Shown: one piece after another, positions 58,035 through 64,000 of the stretch | How the letters are laid out: the number at the start of each line of letters is the position of its first letter | Position numbering within the stretch: the first letter of the stretch is position 1 | NCBI GenBank assembly: GCA_004431415.1 | Contig: QPMI01000417.1 | Location: forward strand, 1 to 64,000 | Direction: 5' to 3' | Source of the DNA: Cyanophora paradoxa CCMP329 | Taxonomy: Eukaryota; Plantae; Glaucophyta | Length of the DNA: 64,000 nucleotides | Program-made: the position numbers and the translations under genes | The notes under the pieces: model-generated | What the model saw: the letters and a program-made list of their open reading frames with translations, nothing else | The model's database searches: none | What the model was told of the DNA's origin: nothing

Positions 58035-61000
58035 CTGCAGGAACTTCAGCTGGCCTTGGAGGCCCCGCGGTTGCAAGCCGCGGGGATCCGCAGCCAGCTG
58101 CAGACGCCGATGATGCAAACTCGAGCTCGCAATTATACGCCCAGGTACCGTCTTAAGCTTGAAATCAAACGCGGGAACCGTCTTCAAATATTTAGAGCAG
58201 GCTCGAGCGGGACTGAAGGAGTGGCTGGGCGCGGAGGGCGAACAATTCGAAGGCGGCGAACAACGGCCCGCAGCAGATCCAAAGGCGCCGACGTCGACGT
58301 CTGACATCGCGAGGTGCGCATGCCTCGCGATCGATCGCGCCCTCGGCTCGAGGAGCAATCACGTGCACCGAATTCAAAGCGTTCCACTGCTTAATTATGC
58401 GCCGAACGCAGATCTGGAGATGCGAACAAGAAGAAGAAGAAGAGCAGGCAGTGGGGGCCCGCGGACGACGAGCGGCTCCGGAAAGAGCACGCCGAGCACA
58501 GCGCTGCCCCCGATGTCTGGAAGGTGCGCGCGTGTGCACTCGACGACGTCGACGTCGACAACTTATAATTAATTAGCGTTGACATTTATGTACATATACC
58601 TAAGCGTACTCATGATCAGACGATTGCGGCGAACCTTGGGGGACACTGGGACAGGGCGTGTGTACGAAACCGCTGGATCAATTACGCCGTGCGCGCTTTA
58701 TCGTCTACATCACTTCTATATATATCTGAATTGCAAAGCATTCACACTATTTTACTGGCTTGAGTTTTTGAATGCTGCTGGCAGAGGCCGGGTCTGCGTG
58801 CGGGCCCTTGGACAAATGCCGAGGTGAAGCTGCTCGTAGCTCTGCGACGCTATTTCGGGAATCAGTGGACGGTCATCGGCTTCTGCCTCAGTAAGCGATT
58901 GATCATGATTATGCTCATCAAGATCATGGTCATCTGAAAACAAAGGCTCACGGAAATCTCACGCGCACCGTCGATGCCCAGATCGCGGTCCGAAGCATGT
59001 CGCTCGCAAGATCGAAAAGATCGACGAGGGGGCTCATCGCGAGGACGACGGTGTGGACGGAAGCGATTGCGGGTGGGAGGAGGGCGAGGGCGAAGGCGGA
59101 GACAGCGACGAGGACACCGGGAGCGACGGGAGCGACGGCGACGGCGGCGGCGTCGGCGGTGGCGGCGGCGGCGGCGGGAGTGCCAAGCCCCCCAACCTTC
59201 TGCCGCACTCCTTCCTGCAGCTCTTCCGCGACGCCGGCATCGATCCTCCAGCAAGCGCCGCAGCGACCGGCCAGCTCATGCACGGATCCGGATCCGGATC
59301 CGTAGCGGGCCCGGGATTCCAAGAATTTGAAGACGGGGTGAGCTCGAGCAATTTGATGCGCAGGCGCAACAGGGGCGCTGTATATCAGCTCTGAACGCTA
59401 AAAATGAATATTGCGCAGTCGCGCAGGGCCCCGAGCTCTGCTCGGGCTTCAGGAGCTCGCGCGCCCACAGCGCCGGCGCCTGCGCCCGCTGGCATGCGCA
59501 CCCGGCAGGTCTGCACCTTCACCGCGAAAACGCTTTGCCTTCGATTAAAACTATATATTCGTGTTCGGATTTCGCAGCGGGGATTGATGTCCATGTCCGC
59601 CGGCGCCGGCTCGGACTCGGCCCTGCCGCAGCAGAAGCGGCCGCGCGACGAGTTCGACTTCGACGGTACGGACATTGATGAAGCACGCATACGCTCGCCA
59701 GCAGGTGCGAAGCCTCTAATTATAAGTCATCAATTGCAAAGGACTGCAGACAAGTATTATATTGACGAAAATTGACGCCACCGCAGAGTCTCGCGCGAAA
59801 CTCCAGCGTACAGCGGACAGCATGCGGACGAATACTTCAAATTCTAAAGCACCAGTGGACAGCATGCGCTGCAGCTGGGGACCCGGAACCACCACGCGGG
59901 AGGCGGCCAAGGCCCCCGGCACGGCGGAAGCGCCCGGCGCGGCCTGCGAGCCAGCCCCCTCGCCCCCCGTCGCCCCTCCGGCGCCCTGCGCCCGCGCTCG
60001 GCATGGCCAGCCGCATGCGCAGCAGCAGCATGCATACACTCGGTGCGCCTAATTATAAATCGGCCTCGATCTTCGCCTCGAGCTCGACGTCGCTCGCTTG
60101 CACATGTACATGCGCGCCCCGCGTACGCGTGCCGTCGACCGCGCGCTTGCAGCTCTGAGCGGGAGAGCCACTACTGCGACTTCGAATCCGGCTCGAGCTC
60201 GGCCCCGCAGGTGGTTTTTGCTTTGTTCTGATTTCCGCTTACTTCTAAACTCCTCATAACTTTATACTCCACAGACTGTGGCTCGCGACCGCGGCCGGCA
60301 GCAGCAGCAGCAGTATGCGTATGCTCAGTGCGCCTGCACAGGACTAGAGCTCGGCCTCGAGCTCGGCGTTGCTCGCTTTCCCTTCTGCGCCCCGTCTGAT
60401 CACGCGCTTGCAGCTCGGGGCGCGAGAACTACGTACACTACGAAGCCGACGGCGCCGCCGGATCCAGCTCGAGCTCGGCCCCGCGGCCGCATGCGCAGGT
60501 GTGCTTCGCCCGGCCCTGTTTCAGTTCCCCCTTAAGCTTCCTAGCTATAGCTGCAAATGCGCGTTTAAGCCTTTGACCTTAATCATTAAGCTTTTCGCTT
60601 TCCGCTTTCTGGTCTCACGGTGTCGCTCATTAATATAAACATTCCGGCACCAGCTTCAGACTGGAGCGCCAGTCCCTTCGGCGCGGCAATTCTCCGCGAA
60701 AATCGACATCCGCCGCGAGTTCGAAGGACCGCGGCCCCCGGCTGCTGTGCCTCCGTTCATGGCCATGCAAGCCGAGCTAGTCGTCCATGGCCAAGCACAG
60801 GTGTTATGGATTATAATTACTTATCGTTGTTCTTGATTTTACAAGCTCTTGATCTTCTTCCGTAATGCATACAGACCCCGCAGATACCTCAGACTGCACA
60901 CGCAAAGCACCATTCGCCAGGGAATGCATCCGAGCAGACACAGGTATTCAACGTTCCGAAGTTCGCTTTCTGAATTCCGCATGCGCAGGCCTTCTGACGA

Positions 61001-61949
61001 TTGGTTCGGTCGCCGGGGAGCGCAGATGCAAGGGGCGAAACTCGAAAATGTCATTGAGCTTTCTTCCGACGACGAAGCCAGCACGACGCCAGCCCCGCGC
61101 ACGCCAATTGCAATGCCCAACGTTAACTTTGAACAGCCACAAATTCAGTCCCGGGTGCGAGGATATCGATTATAATTAGCGTTCGACAATCAAGTCCTCA
61201 GTCCAGTCTGGCTCTGACTAGGCGCCGTACCGACGTTTTTCGCAGACTGGGGTAAAGCGAGAGCCCGCGGACGATTGGGAGGGCGCGCGGGCGCCAGCTG
61301 CAGCCCCCGCGGCCGGCGACGGCATCTGCATCAAGCAGGAGGGCCGGGGCCCTGCAGCTGCAGCCCCGGGCCTCCGAGGCTCGCAGAAGCAGACGCGGGG
61401 CGCGCCCACGGCCAGCGGCGCCCGCGGTTCCAGCGGGTGCCCGTGGAGGGGTGGTGCCCGGGCGACGTGCGCGAGTTCCTCGTGTCCACGTGCGGCCTGC
61501 GCCCGGAGTGCGTGCAACGCCCCCGACGCCTCAATTCAGCTTTAATATCAGCTTGACTTACGCCTGCTGCCTTAAGAAGCCTGCTGCCTTAAGCTTGCTG
61601 GTTTATTTTGACTTAAGCTTGCTGGCTTCATTATAAGCTTGATTTCGGCTTGAAGTAGAATCGTCTATCGTTTCAGCTCGAATTAAATTCATCTGGTCCA
61701 TATTTCAGCTTGACTTCAGTTTGACTTGATTCGTCTGTTATTTCAGCTTGACTTGACGGCAGGACCGCGGAGGCGTTCCGGCAGATCGACGGGAGGGAGT
61801 TCGCGGCGCTCGCAGGGGGCCGGGGGCGGCTCCGGGGCCAGATGGAGCGGCTGCTCGAGCAGACGGCGGAGTTCGCGGCACCGGCGGCCTCGGAGACCGA
61901 CCGGACCGCCCATGCCTTGAAAATCCTCGTCGCCCTCGCCGCGCTGTAG
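58035..61949 (+). CDS. Gene J: R2R3-type Myb DNA-binding protein with a C-terminal SAM-like domain
   Basis: Spliced R2 WGPADDERLRKEHAEHSAAPDVWK|TIAANLGGHWDRACVRNRWINYA| and R3 RPGLRAGPWTNAEVKLLVALRRYFGNQWTVIGFCL (58450-58890). SAM-like VEGWCPGDVREFLVSTCGLRPE|..AEAFRQIDGREFAAL (61440-61815). TAG at 61949; start not found. Confidence 0.7.
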
Positions 61950-62235
61950 GACCACACACGCGCGGAGCAGAGTGGCTGAGCAAGCTCGAGCAAGCACGGG
62001 CCTGGCCCCCGGCTAGCTGGCTTGCCTATCGCTGCGGCTGCACCCCTCTTGACGCTGTGTACTCCGCTCCGTTTCGTCACTGTGTACATGTTTCTCATTA
62101 TTCAAAGATTCGTACTAGCACGTGCACGGTACCGATCCGCGACCGGGGGGCGCCCCGACGTTCGTTGTGTTTCATCGCTGTGTAACAACGGAGTTTCTCA
62201 TTATTTATTATAATTTTGCAGGCGGGGCGATATAG

Positions 62236-64000
62236 CTAGCTGTAGGTGCCCGAGCGCGGCCAGCCGCCGCCGTGGAAGGACTGGGCCCGGGGCGGGAGCG
62301 CCCCCGCCCCCCGCGGCGCCGGGCCCGAGACCAGAATGAGGGACGAGAAATCGGTGGAGGGGGGTACGGGGTCGCCGGGGACGGAGGGGTACCGCTTGCC
62401 GCTGGAGGGACGGGGGGGGGGCGGCGCTGGGGGTTGGGCACGGCAGCAGAGGCGGCAGATCCTGAGTAGGGTACCACTAACGCGCGGGCCGCTGCGTTCG
62501 CCTGCACCGAAAGGTCAGCCGAGAGGGGGTACGTGAATTTCGCGACGGCGGCACTCGCTCACCTGTGCTCGAAGCGTCGCGTGTTCCCGCTTCTCCAGGT
62601 CGACCCACGTGGGCGCCGCCGGCTGCTGCGCGGCGCCGCCCGTCGCAGCCGCCGCCAGGGGTACGGTGCCGGACCGGGGGGCGAAGTCGGAGGTGAGGGG
62701 CCCCCTGGCCACCTGGCCGGGCGCCCCCCAGTACCTAGCTTCTTCCCCCCCGGAGGGAGGGGTAGTCCCGCTTGGCCCCCCGGGGCCCCCGGGGCCGGCG
62801 AGGCTCGCGCGGCGCACCATGCCGCCACCGCAGCCGCCGGGCCCTGCGCCGGCGCGCATCCGCTGCAGCGACGCCGCCGCGGCGCTGCCGGTGCCCGCCG
62901 GTAGGTCCGAGGGGGGTACGGCTGCGACGGAGGGCCCCGCGTAGTGGTACATGGCCGAGGCGGCGGAGGCCGCGCCGGCACCGGGCCAGAGGCTGTACCC
63001 CTTTCAAGGCTTTGCTGGGGCGGGGGCGCGCGGCGGGGGGCGGGGCGGAGGAGGAGGAAGACGCGGCGGGGGCGGGGGCAGGGGGCGGGGAGGGGGCGAG
63101 AGGGGCCGGGGCGGGGGCGGGGGCGGGCGCGGGGGCCTTGATGGATTCCGCGGCAGCGGCGAGGGCGGCCGCGGTGGCGAGGGGGTTGGCGGGGAGGGGT
63201 AGAGGGAATGTGAGGGCGGGGAGAGAAGAGACGGCCCCGGAGTGCCCCAGGGCCGCCACGGAGGCCCCCGCCGCCACCGCCGCGTTTGCCTGCGGGGGAG
63301 GGGGGGTACGTGAGAACGGAAGGGAGGATAACGGTGTACCCCCCGGACCTGCTGGACGGCGGCGTGGTGCGCGGCGGCGGACAGGAGCTGCGACTGGAGC
63401 TGCTGGTTCTGCAGCAGTAGCTGCGAAAAAGGGGGGAATGAGCTCGAGCCGTGTGGGGGGTACGGCGCGCTCCGGAGGGGGGTACGGGTACTGCAGCTGT
63501 ACCTGGAGGTACTGCTCGAAGGAGAGGGAGGTGGCGAACGCCCCAGAGCCGGAACCTGCGCCGGGCTCCTCCCCGGGGCCCCCGGGGTACGCCGGCGCGG
63601 CGGGGGGCGGCGGAGGCTCGGCGGAGAGCGCGTAGAACTGCAGCATTTGGCTGGCGGCTTTGGCCACCTCAGGAGTAGGAGTCTGTACTGCGGTGTTCCT
63701 GAATATACGAGGGATCACGGGAAAAAAAAGCTGGCGGCTTGTAGGACCTGTCGTAGATCCCGCGCGCCGAAGGGTCAGCCGGCAGCCAAGGGCGAAGCCA
63801 AAGCTCTTCTTAGCGGCTTCTCAGCACGCGTCGAGTGAGATTAGCTTCTTCTTCTTCTTCGAGCGGCCCGTTCTTCTTATAAGATTAGCATTCGTCAGCT
63901 CGATCGCGAACCGTTCTTTAATTAGCTTATCAGCTTTTTATGCGCCACCTTGCAATTGGGCTTCCTATAATCTTCTTCGAATTCTTCGCACCTGCTTCAG
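62236..64000 (-). CDS. Gene K: 3' part of a Pro/Ala-rich hypothetical protein entering from the right edge
   Basis: Spliced segments IFRNTAVQTPTPEVAKAASQMLQFYAL..., WVDLEKREHATLRAQ, probable end GGGWPRSGTYS-TAG at 62236. Confidence 0.5.

Noticed and set aside
1-64000. tRNA, rRNA, intact transposase, reverse transcriptase or viral genes
   Set aside because: No supporting motifs recognised by eye; a tRNAscan/Infernal/HMM search would be needed to exclude them.

Overview
Eukaryotic nuclear DNA: GC-rich and very intron-dense, with 50-150 nt GT-AG and frequent GC-AG introns and micro-exons. The single-exon ORF track therefore only catches fragments, and all gene models below were spliced by hand. 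The style recalls a unicellular alga or protist such as the glaucophyte Cyanophora; this is unverified. About 12 genes are visible, and eight of them form four head-to-head pairs. (1) Two large paralogous dynamin-superfamily GTPases of SLIP-GC/NUGGC type (3802-11227 minus, ~11667-20718 plus), each with a RAMA-like N-terminus; one ends in a SIM-like motif, the other in UIM-like helices. (2) A coiled-coil protein paired with a TKL kinase carrying RNI-type LRRs. (3) An alpha/beta hydrolase paired with a LYR-motif protein. (4) Two paralogous ankyrin-TIR-pseudoTIR-coiled-coil proteins that both end in a CaaX box (32615-43987 minus, 44484-53424 plus). Downstream lie a C2HC zinc-finger gene, an R2R3-Myb plus SAM gene and a partial Pro/Ala-rich gene. 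The best candidate for an undescribed system is the two divergent paralog pairs (DNA-reader GTPases and prenylated Ank-TIRs), possibly a protist innate-immunity locus; function is inference only. Other features: a mitochondrial nad4 insert inside an intron, a ~330 bp gene-conversion tract, an intron apparently born from a 14-nt CAG|GT duplication, a 4-nt micro-exon, a long foldback repeat, and a recurrent fold-back micro-insertion signature. Several frameshifts fall in G/C homopolymers and are probably sequencing errors.
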